Source: an uncultured Acidimicrobiia bacterium
GTDB lineage: Bacteria > Actinomycetota > Acidimicrobiia > Spongiisociales > JAENVV01
DNA: 64,000 nucleotides
Direction: 5' to 3'
Assembly (NCBI GenBank): GCA_963752075.1
Contig: CAVVWO010000005.1
Location: 30,523-94,522, forward strand
Below, one piece after another: positions 29,500 through 38,429 of this stretch. How positions within the stretch are numbered: position 1 is the stretch's first letter; every line of letters begins with the position of its first letter. The notes below the pieces were generated by a model, which saw only the letters and a program-made list of their open reading frames with translations, ran no database searches and was not told the DNA's origin. Made by a program: the position numbers and the translations under genes.

Positions 29500-29519
29500 T
29501 CCCTTTCCATCGAGGGTGC
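29325..29519 (+). repeat. Right copy of the BMC-P-derived direct repeat
   Basis: See 20427-20657. Similarity ends at ...cgagggtgc on both sides. Confidence 0.85.
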
Positions 29520-29695
29520 TTGGAGACGCAGGGCTTGGTCGAAGCTGGAGAAAAGGGCCGGGGCCTTGCCCATCATCGTTGGATTCGGTTTGTGGCGGGG
29601 CTAGGGTCGACGTCGTTCGTCTGACCCTCCACGACTGGCATGCCGATCCATCGCACTCCGTACTGTCCAGCGCAACTGAGAGACCCTGCGGGCTC

Positions 29696-31198
29696 GTGAG
29701 AAGCTTCATTCCGTCCCTTTCGAGTCTCTCGCGCTACGCTGCCGCCCTCGTCGGATTAGCTGCGCCCACCCTCTTTTTTTGGGGCACCTATCGAAGCTCG
29801 GCGGCGTGGTTTCCGGTTCCGCCGATTCCCTGGTCCCACTTGATGGCCTCACTCGTCCTTGCGGTGATCGCCGATCTCGTCATAGCTTTCGTCCTGGTAC
29901 GGCTCGGTAGCTCGCTTTCCGACGCTGTCGTCGCAGCGGTTATCCCCGTCTGGTTTTTGTTCTTCTACTCGCGGACGTTGATAGGACTGTCCATCGTTAC
30001 GTTCGAGGTTGTCTCGCTCCGTTGGCTGAGATTCCTGTTCTGGCTACTCCTCCTTGGTCTCGTGGCGCTTGTTTCGAAGGCTGTGCAGCGCGGGAACGGA
30101 CCGGTTATCGCGGCAGCCGTCGCCGTGTTCGGGGTTGCTTCCATCGCCCAACATGCTCATGCACTGATTGCTCCGCCGTCGGTGCAGCCCGCCCCGGCGT
30201 CCTTCACGATCACCGAGGAGAAGAATGTGTGGGTCCTCGTCTTCGACGAACTGGCGTCACCGTTGTTCCTAGGGCGGTACGCGACCGATCCGCCCCAGAT
30301 CGTCAAGATGCTCGAGAACCAGGGATTCGAAGTTCCTCTGGCGCCAGTGAGTCCGTACAGCCAGACCTACCCTGCCCTCACCTCGATCTTCACCTTGGAC
30401 CCGGTGCGACCGGGTATCTATGGAGAGGATGACTGGGCGGCCAGATCAGCGGTCTTCGGCGGTGACCATCCGCTCGCCCGCTCCTATGTCGACGAAGGGA
30501 GGCCGGTGGTTCTCGTGGAGGCTCCAATTTCGCCGGGATATTGCAGCGACATCGTCACTGACTGCCACCCTGCCCTGCTGGACGATTTCGACAGGTTCTT
30601 GATCGCAAATACGGCCCTCTTCGAGCTGCCCGGTTCGTGGAGGAGCTGGGCCGAACAGGGGCTCGCCCAGATGGATCGACTCGATGAGGTCGCACAGGAA
30701 GGAGGAACGGGTCGGTTGATCCTGGCGCATGTCATGCTCGCCCACGGGCCCTACCTTCTCGATTCCGCCTGCAACACCTCTCTTCCCTCTGTGTACTCCT
30801 CGGAGAAGTACATGGATCAGGTCGGGTGTCTGGGCTCGAGGCTGTCGAAGCTCGTCTCGGTGATTCCACCCGACGATGTGGTGTTGATCCTCAGTGATCA
30901 TGGGATCACCCGCGCCGAGCCATATCCGATGGATACGCCCGAGGCTCGGGAGGAGCGTCTGGTGTCGTTTGTCGCCCTGAGAGGGTGTCAACCATCCGAC
31001 GAGTATCTCGACTCCAACGTCAACGCCTACCGGGCACTGGTCAATTGCGTTACGACGGCATCGCTGGAGCCTGTCGTGGTGCCCCCAACCCTCACCTGCT
31101 ACCTGGGGAAAGACACCATCGAACTTGTCGAGATTCCGAAGGGTGTTCCTACAGACCCGGTTGAATGCCGGGAGGGTTCACGGAATGTGGGTTCATGA
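29696..31198 (+). CDS. Membrane protein with C-terminal sulfatase/alkaline-phosphatase-superfamily-like domain
   Basis: ORF 29516..31198. It has about 5 N-terminal TM helices, then VWVLVFDELASP, LILAHVMLAHGPYLLD and VLILSDHGI, motifs typical of LTA-synthase or phosphoethanolamine-transferase-like enzymes. The start is uncertain (GTG 29696). Confidence 0.6.
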   Translation: MRSFIPSLSSLSRYAAALVGLAAPTLFFWGTYRSSAAWFPVPPIPWSHLMASLVLAVIADLVIAFVLVRLGSSLSDAVVAAVIPVWFLFFYSRTLIGLSIVTFEVVSLRWLRFLFWLLLLGLVALVSKAVQRGNGPVIAAAVAVFGVASIAQHAHALIAPPSVQPAPASFTITEEKNVWVLVFDELASPLFLGRYATDPPQIVKMLENQGFEVPLAPVSPYSQTYPALTSIFTLDPVRPGIYGEDDWAARSAVFGGDHPLARSYVDEGRPVVLVEAPISPGYCSDIVTDCHPALLDDFDRFLIANTALFELPGSWRSWAEQGLAQMDRLDEVAQEGGTGRLILAHVMLAHGPYLLDSACNTSLPSVYSSEKYMDQVGCLGSRLSKLVSVIPPDDVVLILSDHGITRAEPYPMDTPEAREERLVSFVALRGCQPSDEYLDSNVNAYRALVNCVTTASLEPVVVPPTLTCYLGKDTIELVEIPKGVPTDPVECREGSRNVGS

Positions 31199-31258
31199 CC
31201 ATGGACAGCGGTCAAGGTTGGCGGTAAGCTGAGAGCCACCAGCAAACAGGGGTTCCCA

Positions 31259-31420
31259 ATGCGGTTGTTCTCATACATCGATCCTGCGGCCGGGGGTCTT
31301 CTGATTCAGGTTCTTCTCGGCGGAACAGCCGGAGTCCTGGCGCTGTTTCGCGGCAAGATTCGCCGCCTCTTCAAGAGCGGTAGCGAAGCGACCGTCCTTC
31401 CCGCCGACCGCGAGTCGTAG
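31259..31420 (+). CDS. Small (53 aa) hydrophobic protein
   Basis: Hand-found ORF below the track cutoff: MRLFSYIDPAAGGLLIQVLLGGTAGVLALFRGKIRRLFKSGSEATVLPADRES. It has one TM helix followed by a basic tail. Confidence 0.4.
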   Translation: MRLFSYIDPAAGGLLIQVLLGGTAGVLALFRGKIRRLFKSGSEATVLPADRES

Positions 31421-31449
31421 CGACCAAACACGGCTCTCGAATCAGGGTC

Positions 31450-32703
31450 TCAACGAAGAGGCATCTCTTCGACCTCGGTGGCTTCCGGCATGGATTCGGC
31501 GTGATGACGCTCGAACCAGTCGGCGTAGCGTCTTGAGAGCGGCACTGCGGTCAGGCCGTGGAGGAAGACACTGGCGAGGACCGTCCAGATCACCACGAGA
31601 AGAAGGTCGTCGCCCATCGGTAGTTCTGCTTCTTCCAGGATGAAGAGCCCGAAGAGGATCGAAGCCAAGCCGCGTGGCCCGAACCACGCCACGAAGGCGA
31701 CCGTCTGGAACCTCAGTCCGGCGCCGATCATGCTCAGCGCCACTGGTGCCATCCGGACGAAGGTGAGGCTGAGGAGAGCGTAGAGGCCGATCCTCCATGT
31801 CAATTGGTCGAGCGCCGGGCCCGCCATGGCGGCTCCGAAGAACAAGAAGGTCAGCAACGAGAGGAGCTGCCCTTGGTCTTCGGCGAAGTCGTGGACGGTC
31901 GGGCACTGATCCCGGGCTGCCTCACCGAAAGCCAAGCCAGCCACGAAGGCGGCCACAAAACCGTTGCCGCCCGCCGCTTCTGCCCCGGCGAACGCCGCCA
32001 CCCCAACCGCCAAGGCTGACAATTGGCGGAAGGCCCCGTCCATCCAGTTGCGGGCAGAGAACCATTCGATGAGTTTCCCGCCTCCATAGCCAACGATGAC
32101 GGCGATCAGGACGCCGAATCCGATTTGGCGAACGGTGAACCGAGCCCAGAAGGAGGGTGTCTCCAGGTCGACTCCGGTCGCGGCAAGCGCCAGGAACAGG
32201 GTGATGACGGGGAGCATGATGCCGTCGTTCAAGCCGCTTTCGACGTTGAGTGCCTGGCGGACGCGAACCGGAACCCGCCGGTTGGAGACCACTGCTTGCC
32301 CGAGCGCTGCGTCGGTAGGAGAGAGAATGGCGGCGACCAGCGCCGCTTCCCAGATTCCAAACCCCGGCAGAATCGCCAAGGCCGCCGCAGCTCCGCTGAT
32401 CACCGTGAGTGGCAATCCGAGCCCCAGCAATCGTGCCGGGAGGTCTATCTGGCGCCGCAGTCGGCTCAAGTCGATTCGGATCGCATCGGTGAACAGCAGC
32501 AAGACCAGCGTCGCCTCGGCCAGGACGCGAACGGCTCCGTCGTCCATGCCCAGATCCAGGATATCCAGGCCAGGTGGCCCGAGGATGATTCCGGCCGTCA
32601 CGAACACCATTGGCCCGGTGACGGGCGTGGTCTCCAGTCGGCGCGAGACGAGCGCATATGCGATGACGAACACGGCGAGGATGGCCAGTCCGGCTATCTC
32701 CAT
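31450..32703 (-). CDS. Na+/H+ (cation:proton) antiporter, CPA1 family
   Basis: MEIAGLAILAVFVIAYALVSRRL, ILSPTDAALG, ESGLNDGIMLP and a polytopic profile. ATG at the complement of 32701-32703. Confidence 0.85.
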   Translation of the reverse strand: MEIAGLAILAVFVIAYALVSRRLETTPVTGPMVFVTAGIILGPPGLDILDLGMDDGAVRVLAEATLVLLLFTDAIRIDLSRLRRQIDLPARLLGLGLPLTVISGAAAALAILPGFGIWEAALVAAILSPTDAALGQAVVSNRRVPVRVRQALNVESGLNDGIMLPVITLFLALAATGVDLETPSFWARFTVRQIGFGVLIAVIVGYGGGKLIEWFSARNWMDGAFRQLSALAVGVAAFAGAEAAGGNGFVAAFVAGLAFGEAARDQCPTVHDFAEDQGQLLSLLTFLFFGAAMAGPALDQLTWRIGLYALLSLTFVRMAPVALSMIGAGLRFQTVAFVAWFGPRGLASILFGLFILEEAELPMGDDLLLVVIWTVLASVFLHGLTAVPLSRRYADWFERHHAESMPEATEVEEMPLR

Positions 32704-32828
32704 GGGCCGTGAGCCCGAGCAGAACCAAGAGTTCCGGCGCGAAAATCGGGGAGAGAGACAGGAGCGAGCACTGGCCGTGAGGCTACCCGCCGGGTGAACT
32801 CCGAGGCTGCTCACAAGAGTTTCTGGTA

Positions 32829-32854
32829 ACCTGCCTAACGCTTGTTAGGTGGGT
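32829..32854. promoter_or_regulatory. Imperfect 26-bp palindrome, candidate TetR operator
   Basis: ACCTGCCTAAC-gctt-GTTAGGTGGGT, with a perfect CCTAAC/GTTAGG core. It lies between the divergent antiporter and TetR genes. Confidence 0.45.
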
Positions 32855-32857
32855 TCC

Positions 32858-33464
32858 ATGGTCACAACGCAAACCGATGGTCGGCAGCGCCTGCTCGAAG
32901 TGGGCGCCGATCTCTTCCATGACCGTGGCTACACCGAGACCACCCTTCGAGACATCGCTCAACAGGCAGGGATGAAGGCCGGTTCGATCTACTACCACTT
33001 CGCGTCCAAGGACCATTTGCTGACCGAGGTACTACGCATCGGCATGGCAGCCATCACCGATGCCTTCCTAGCCGCTGCCGATGCTCGGACGTCGGACGCT
33101 GCCGACGCGCTTGCGGGCGGCGATCTCAGCCCACATGGAGGCGCTCTTTCGGCATGGACCGTTCACGACTGCTCATGTCAGCGTCCTGGGGCGCGCTCCC
33201 AAAGCAGTCCGCGACCAGATCGTTCCCCTTCGCGACGCCTACGAGTCACTCTGGACCCAACTTCTCTCAGAGCTCCGAGACGAGGGCGCTCTTCGTCCCT
33301 CGCTCGACGTTCGTTTCGTTCGCCTCAACTTGCTGGGCGCCATGAACAGCTCGTTGGAGTGGTTCGACCCGGCAGGGGAGCAGCCCCTCGAGATGCTGAT
33401 CGATCACCTGGTCGATCAGTTCTGGGCAGGACTCGCCAAATCAGACCTCACACAGGAGAATTGA
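32858..33464 (+). CDS. TetR-family transcriptional regulator (apparent frameshift near 33110)
   Basis: HTH RLLEVGADLFHDRGYTETTLRDIAQQAGMKAGSIYYHFASKDHLL. The C-terminal domain is in ORF 33081..33464. Confidence 0.8.
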
Positions 33465-33468
33465 CCCG

Positions 33469-34620
33469 ATGTCCAAGCGCAACGCCTATATGACCGACGA
33501 GCTGGAAGCCATCTATGACCAAACGGTCGAGTTCGTCACCAAGGAGGTTCGACCGCACGGTGACGCCTGGGAGGAGGCCGGGTACGTTCCTCGTCAGGTG
33601 CTCGAGAAGATGGGCTCGCTCGGTATGTTTGGTCTGCGGGTGCCGGAAGACGCCGGTGGCTTGGGACTGGGCCCCCTCGCTTCGGCGACCTTTGCCGAAG
33701 CGCTCGGTGCGTCTACGTACGGTGGTTTCGAAGCCACGGTTCTGGTGCACACCGACATGGCCTCGCCGCATCTGATTCATTCCGGCAACGACGAACAGTT
33801 GGGGCGCTTTCTCCCCGGGATCCTCTCGGGGGAAGTCATCACGGCCATCGCCATCACCGAGCCGGACTCCGGATCCGACGTGGCCGGGATGCGCACCAAG
33901 GCCGTGCGCGACGGCGACGGATGGCGGCTCACCGGGACGAAGATGTTCATCACCAATGCAGCACACGGCGATCTGGTGATCGTGGGCGCCCGCACCGACC
34001 CTGATGAGCGGTATGGGATCTCTATGTTTCTCGTCGAAAAGGACCGTCCAGGGTTCGACGTCGCCAAGAAGCTCGACAAGACGGGCTGGCGCAGCTCCGA
34101 CACCGCCGAGCTCATTCTCGACAACGTGTTCGTCCCTGCCGAGAACCTGCTTGGGACCGAGCATCGCGGCTTCTACGAAATCATGAAGAACTTCCAAAAC
34201 GAGAGGATGGTGCTGATCGGAATGGGGGTGGGGGCGGCCCAAACGGCCATCGATCTCACACTCGAGCACACCCAGAACCGCTCGGCATTCGGTGCCACCC
34301 TCTACGACCTGGGAGGGCTCCGCCAGCGGATGGCCATGAATCAGGCCAAGCTGGACGCCGTGCGAGCCTCGCTGTATCACACGACGTGGTTGATGGAACA
34401 GGGCGATGCCACGAAAGAGATCTCCGGCGTCAAGGCGTGGGGGGCTGAGGTCGTCAATCAGATTCTGTACGACTGCGTGCAGTTCCACGGAGGGATGGGT
34501 TACATGACCGAGACCACCGTCGAGAGAATGTCCCGAGACGCCCGAATCCTGCCGATCGGCGGAGGGGCTACCGAGGTGCTGCTCGAGGAAGTGGCCAAAC
34601 GGTCGTACGTGGTTCGGTGA
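33469..34620 (+). CDS. Acyl-CoA dehydrogenase
   Basis: AIAITEPDSGSDVAGMRTKA, GTKMFITNA, FHGGMGYMTE and ILPIGGGATEV. Confidence 0.9.
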   Translation: MSKRNAYMTDELEAIYDQTVEFVTKEVRPHGDAWEEAGYVPRQVLEKMGSLGMFGLRVPEDAGGLGLGPLASATFAEALGASTYGGFEATVLVHTDMASPHLIHSGNDEQLGRFLPGILSGEVITAIAITEPDSGSDVAGMRTKAVRDGDGWRLTGTKMFITNAAHGDLVIVGARTDPDERYGISMFLVEKDRPGFDVAKKLDKTGWRSSDTAELILDNVFVPAENLLGTEHRGFYEIMKNFQNERMVLIGMGVGAAQTAIDLTLEHTQNRSAFGATLYDLGGLRQRMAMNQAKLDAVRASLYHTTWLMEQGDATKEISGVKAWGAEVVNQILYDCVQFHGGMGYMTETTVERMSRDARILPIGGGATEVLLEEVAKRSYVVR

Positions 34621-35333
34621 CCTCTTCGAAGTCGGCGCCCGCCGCGCTGGTCCTGTTGGTCCTCGGGATCGTCGCCCTGGCGGGGCTCCACGGATGGATC
34701 ACAGCAGCGGAACCAGAGACCGACGGAATCGACGCCCATGTGCTCGCCCTGGCGGCCGACGGCGAACTTCCGGGAAGCCCTTCCGTGCTGTGGTCGTTCA
34801 GCCATGGGACAGACACCGAACCCCTCCTCGTGGCAACCGTGGTGGTCGGTGTGGCCGCCTGGCTGAGCGGCGCGCGACGTGCCGGCCTGCTGTTTTGGGC
34901 GGTCTCCGGGTTCAGTTCATTGGTCGTTACCGTGCTGAAGCGCCTGGCGGACCGGACTCGCCCGCCTCTGGGACAGATAGCCGAGTCCTCGGCGGCGTGG
35001 CCGTCCGGGCATTCGGCAGGCGCTCTGATCTTCGCGGTCGGTGTTGCGCTGGTGATGTGGCGTGCCCAACGGCATCCGGCCCGGGTCCTTCCACTGGCCC
35101 TGGTGCCGGCGGCGCTGGCGGTCGGCTACAGCCGGGCTTTCCTCGGACTCCATTGGGCCACTGACGTCGTGGCGGGCTGGCTGGTGGCGGGAGTGGCCGC
35201 CGCCTTGTTTCTGATGTTCGACACCTCAGCCGACCCGTCAGATGATGGACAGGTGGGATGGCTGTACGGGGGCCTCGTTGTGGCCGTCGTCTATCTGATC
35301 GCGGTGGGTATCAACACTCCCGCAGTGGCTTGA
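34617..35333 (+). CDS. PAP2-family phosphatase (membrane)
   Basis: KRLADRTRPP, WPSGHSAGA and SRAFLGLHWATDVVAG, the three PAP2 motifs. The GTG start overlaps the upstream stop. Confidence 0.85.
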   Translation: MTSSKSAPAALVLLVLGIVALAGLHGWITAAEPETDGIDAHVLALAADGELPGSPSVLWSFSHGTDTEPLLVATVVVGVAAWLSGARRAGLLFWAVSGFSSLVVTVLKRLADRTRPPLGQIAESSAAWPSGHSAGALIFAVGVALVMWRAQRHPARVLPLALVPAALAVGYSRAFLGLHWATDVVAGWLVAGVAAALFLMFDTSADPSDDGQVGWLYGGLVVAVVYLIAVGINTPAVA

Positions 35334-35334
35334 G

Positions 35335-37092
35335 TCAGCCCCGCAGTGCCGCAGCCAGCACCGGCGCCAGAGTGAGAGGGCTGGGGTTGGCCTCGAGCGC
35401 CACCAGATGTCTGGTGACGTTGTGGGCTTGCCGGTTGTCGGTGAACCACAGTGGCTTGGGTTGTTGGCGAAATGGGCCACGTAGCACCGACTTCTGGGCC
35501 ATGTCGAACATGAGCGAGTTGTGGACCATCCCCCGTCCTGACTGGATGTCGGTGAGGTCGTGGCCCGGGAAGCCTCCCCACGTGGTGCTGGTGAAGGCGT
35601 AGCCGAGTCCCGTCCACACGTTCAAACCAACGGTGCCGTAGCGCAGATCGGCCAAGGCCTTTTCCACGGCCGCGGCGATCTCGGGGTCATTCATCGATGC
35701 CGGGTGCACGAGGAGCGAAGCACCGAGCGTTCCCCACAACGTGTCGTTGGCGAAGGTGACCGCTTCTTCGAGATACTCGGGTACCGATCGGGGTGCGTTG
35801 AGCGGTGCCTCACCGAACACTCCTGCAAAAGCCTCAACGGCGAAACACGTGTGTTTGGGGTCGGCACTGTCCAGGTCGTGGATCAGGGTCCACGGTATGG
35901 CACCTTCGACGGGCTCTCCGTGTTCCTCTCACGAGGTGATGAGACTCGGCGAAGGTCTGCCATCGTTGCTCTGCGCCCGGGTAGTAGGCCTTGCGCCGTG
36001 GCGTGGCGTGCAGAGCGGTGCTGATCGACTCGAGCAGCGCCTCCCTGTGTAGCCATTCTTGCGTGGGTGACGACCGACCCGCGTGGCGATGCAGTTGAAC
36101 CCGGCGTTGTGCGTCAACATGGCCGCGATGTTCTTGCCGTGGTACTCGATGTCCTTGGCCGTCCACGGTCCGGGCACGACGATGACCGGTGAGACATTGC
36201 CGAGCTCGGACGTGATCTCCTTCTTGAGCAGCGGCTCTCCGTCCGCCTTGCGACGTTCGCCCTCCGCCCCTGACCCGAAGACGATGGTGTCGTGAGTCTT
36301 GTCCGATCCGGTGACATGGATCGAGGTGACGGCGTCGTGATGACAGAGGTAGTTTCCTTCCTTGGCGCCGCCATAGGCGATCCGCAGGTAACCCCTGTCG
36401 ATGAAGGGCGCGAAGGCCTCGGTCAGGAAAGGCCCGAGATACTCGTTGACGGGGTTCATCTTCAAGATGGTCACTTCGTTGTCAACGAAGAGCTTGCTGA
36501 GGACATCCATCGGCGGGATCGAGGCGATGTTTCCGGCACCCAGGACCAGCGCCACTCCCGATGGTCTGGGTGTGCCGGGGTTCTCGCGGTAGGCACGCGC
36601 CATCGTCGAGGGGAGGTTGCCTGGGGTGACACCGGGTTGCATCCACACTTCTCCGGTGTATCCCGCCCAGAGCAGCTTGTCATATGTGTCGACCGGGAAG
36701 ACCTGAGCAACCGTTTGTCCGTCGGCTCGGACGGTGACCGGCCCGGGGATGTTCGGCGTTCCGAACTGGGCCGTTTCCTGAAGCGAGGTCCGCAGCAGGC
36801 GGGCATTGCGGATGGTGAGCACAGGGCCCGAATGCCATTCTTCGCCGGCCACAGGGGCATCTTTGGAGATACCCTTGTTGACGCACGCTGCCTCCACCCA
36901 TCGTTCGGCCACCTCCTGGGTGTTTTCGATCAGGGCGTCGAGCAGCTCGATTCTGGCGGGGATGGGCAACGTTGCCCACTCGTCTCGCTTCCCGGACAAG
37001 ATTTCCAGGGCGGCGTCGAGATCAGCGAACGAGGTTGGTGGAATCGTTGATTCACCCTCGGGTTTGTTGAGGCTTCCGGAAGTGACGGTCAC
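35335..37092 (-). CDS. Aldehyde dehydrogenase family protein (apparent frameshifts around 35820-35930)
   Basis: ORF 35929..37092 (LVLGAGNIASIPPMDVL, ELGNVSPVIVVPG, NAGFNCIA) plus ORF 35335..35820 (the C-terminal third). Confidence 0.7.
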
Positions 37093-37221
37093 GAGGCTCC
37101 TCCGTGGTGGGTGCTCAGCTCAGCGTACCGACCAGGACCGGCTCGCGCCCGCTCGACGCCGCTGCGGCTCGGGTGTCCGAGGAGGACGCTAGCCTTCCGC
37201 CGTTCCCAACCAGGAGTCCCC

Positions 37222-38310
37222 GTGGCATTACAGGCAGGAATCGTCGGCCTGCCCAACGTCGGCAAGAGCACCCTCTTCAACGCTCTCACCTCAGCCGGCG
37301 CCGAGTCGGCCAACTATCCGTTCAGCACCATCGAACCCAACGTCGGCATCCTGCCGGTCCCCGACCCGCGCCTCCAAGAGCTGGCTGGTGTCATTGCCAC
37401 GGAGAGGGTGCTCCCCGCCGTTGTCGAGATCGTCGACATTGCCGGCCTGGTCCGAGGTGCCTCAGAAGGAGAGGGGTTGGGTAACCAGTTCCTGGGACAT
37501 ATTCGGAGCGTTGATGCCGTGCTCCAGGTAGTGCGTTGTTTCGAGGATTCCGATATCACCCACGTCGACGAGACGATCGATCCTCTGCGCGACATCGAGA
37601 CCATCGCCATTGAGCTGGTTCTGGCAGATCTCCAGGTAGCGGAGCGACGTCTCGACCGGGTGACTCGAGCTGCTCGCGGCGACAAGTCTCTCATGGTCGA
37701 GCTGGCCACGACCGAGAAGCTGGTCGCCCATCTCGCCAATGGCCATCCAGCGCGCAGCTTGACGCTCACGCCGGAAGAAACCGCTTCCTTGCGTGAGATG
37801 CAGATGATCACCATGAAGCCGGTCCTGTATGTGTGCAACGTGGATGAGGATTCGGTGCACGGCAACGAACATGTCGACGCTGTTCGAGCTCACGCCGACC
37901 AGGAAGGATCCGGCGTGATCGCCATCTCCGCTCGGATCGAGTCCGACATCGCCGAGCTCGATCCCGACGAGCGTGAGGAGTTCCTGGCCGAAATCGGTCT
38001 CAGTGAGCCCGGCCTGGCCCCGTTGGCGCGAGCGACCTACTCGCTGCTCGGCCTCGAAACCTTCTTCACTGTCGGCCCGAAAGAGATTCGCGCCTGGACG
38101 GTCACCCACGGCACCCGAGCCCCCCAAGCTGCGGCAGTGATCCACACTGACTTCGAGAAGGGCTTCATTCGCGTCGAGGTCTACCGCATCCCCGACTTGG
38201 TCGAACTTCGCAGCGAAGCGGCACTCAAGGCGGCAGGCAAGCTGCGCGTCGAAGGCAAGGAATACGTGGTCCGAGACGGCGACGTGATGCACTTTCGCTT
38301 CAACGTGTAG
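37222..38310 (+). CDS. ychF: Ribosome-binding ATPase YchF
   Basis: GIVGLPNVGKSTLFNALT, the EIVDIAGLVRGAS region, NVDE and the C-terminal TGS-like KEYVVRDGDVMHFRFNV. GTG at 37222. Confidence 0.92.
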   Translation: MALQAGIVGLPNVGKSTLFNALTSAGAESANYPFSTIEPNVGILPVPDPRLQELAGVIATERVLPAVVEIVDIAGLVRGASEGEGLGNQFLGHIRSVDAVLQVVRCFEDSDITHVDETIDPLRDIETIAIELVLADLQVAERRLDRVTRAARGDKSLMVELATTEKLVAHLANGHPARSLTLTPEETASLREMQMITMKPVLYVCNVDEDSVHGNEHVDAVRAHADQEGSGVIAISARIESDIAELDPDEREEFLAEIGLSEPGLAPLARATYSLLGLETFFTVGPKEIRAWTVTHGTRAPQAAAVIHTDFEKGFIRVEVYRIPDLVELRSEAALKAAGKLRVEGKEYVVRDGDVMHFRFNV

Positions 38311-38429
38311 GCGTTCTGCGTCGGCAGAGCGTCCCGGTTGCGACCTTTTCGGGAACTTCTTCGGCATTGCCGGGTCCAAATCAACAAGCACATCGGCAAC
38401 CGGCGGATGTGGAATACGGAGGGTCTGCA

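Noticed and set aside
20638-29520. Prophage, integrative element or transposon carrying the giant genes
   Set aside because: I found no integrase, transposase, terminal inverted repeats or phage structural genes in or next to the bracketed segment. I keep only the weaker statement that it is a repeat-bracketed cassette.
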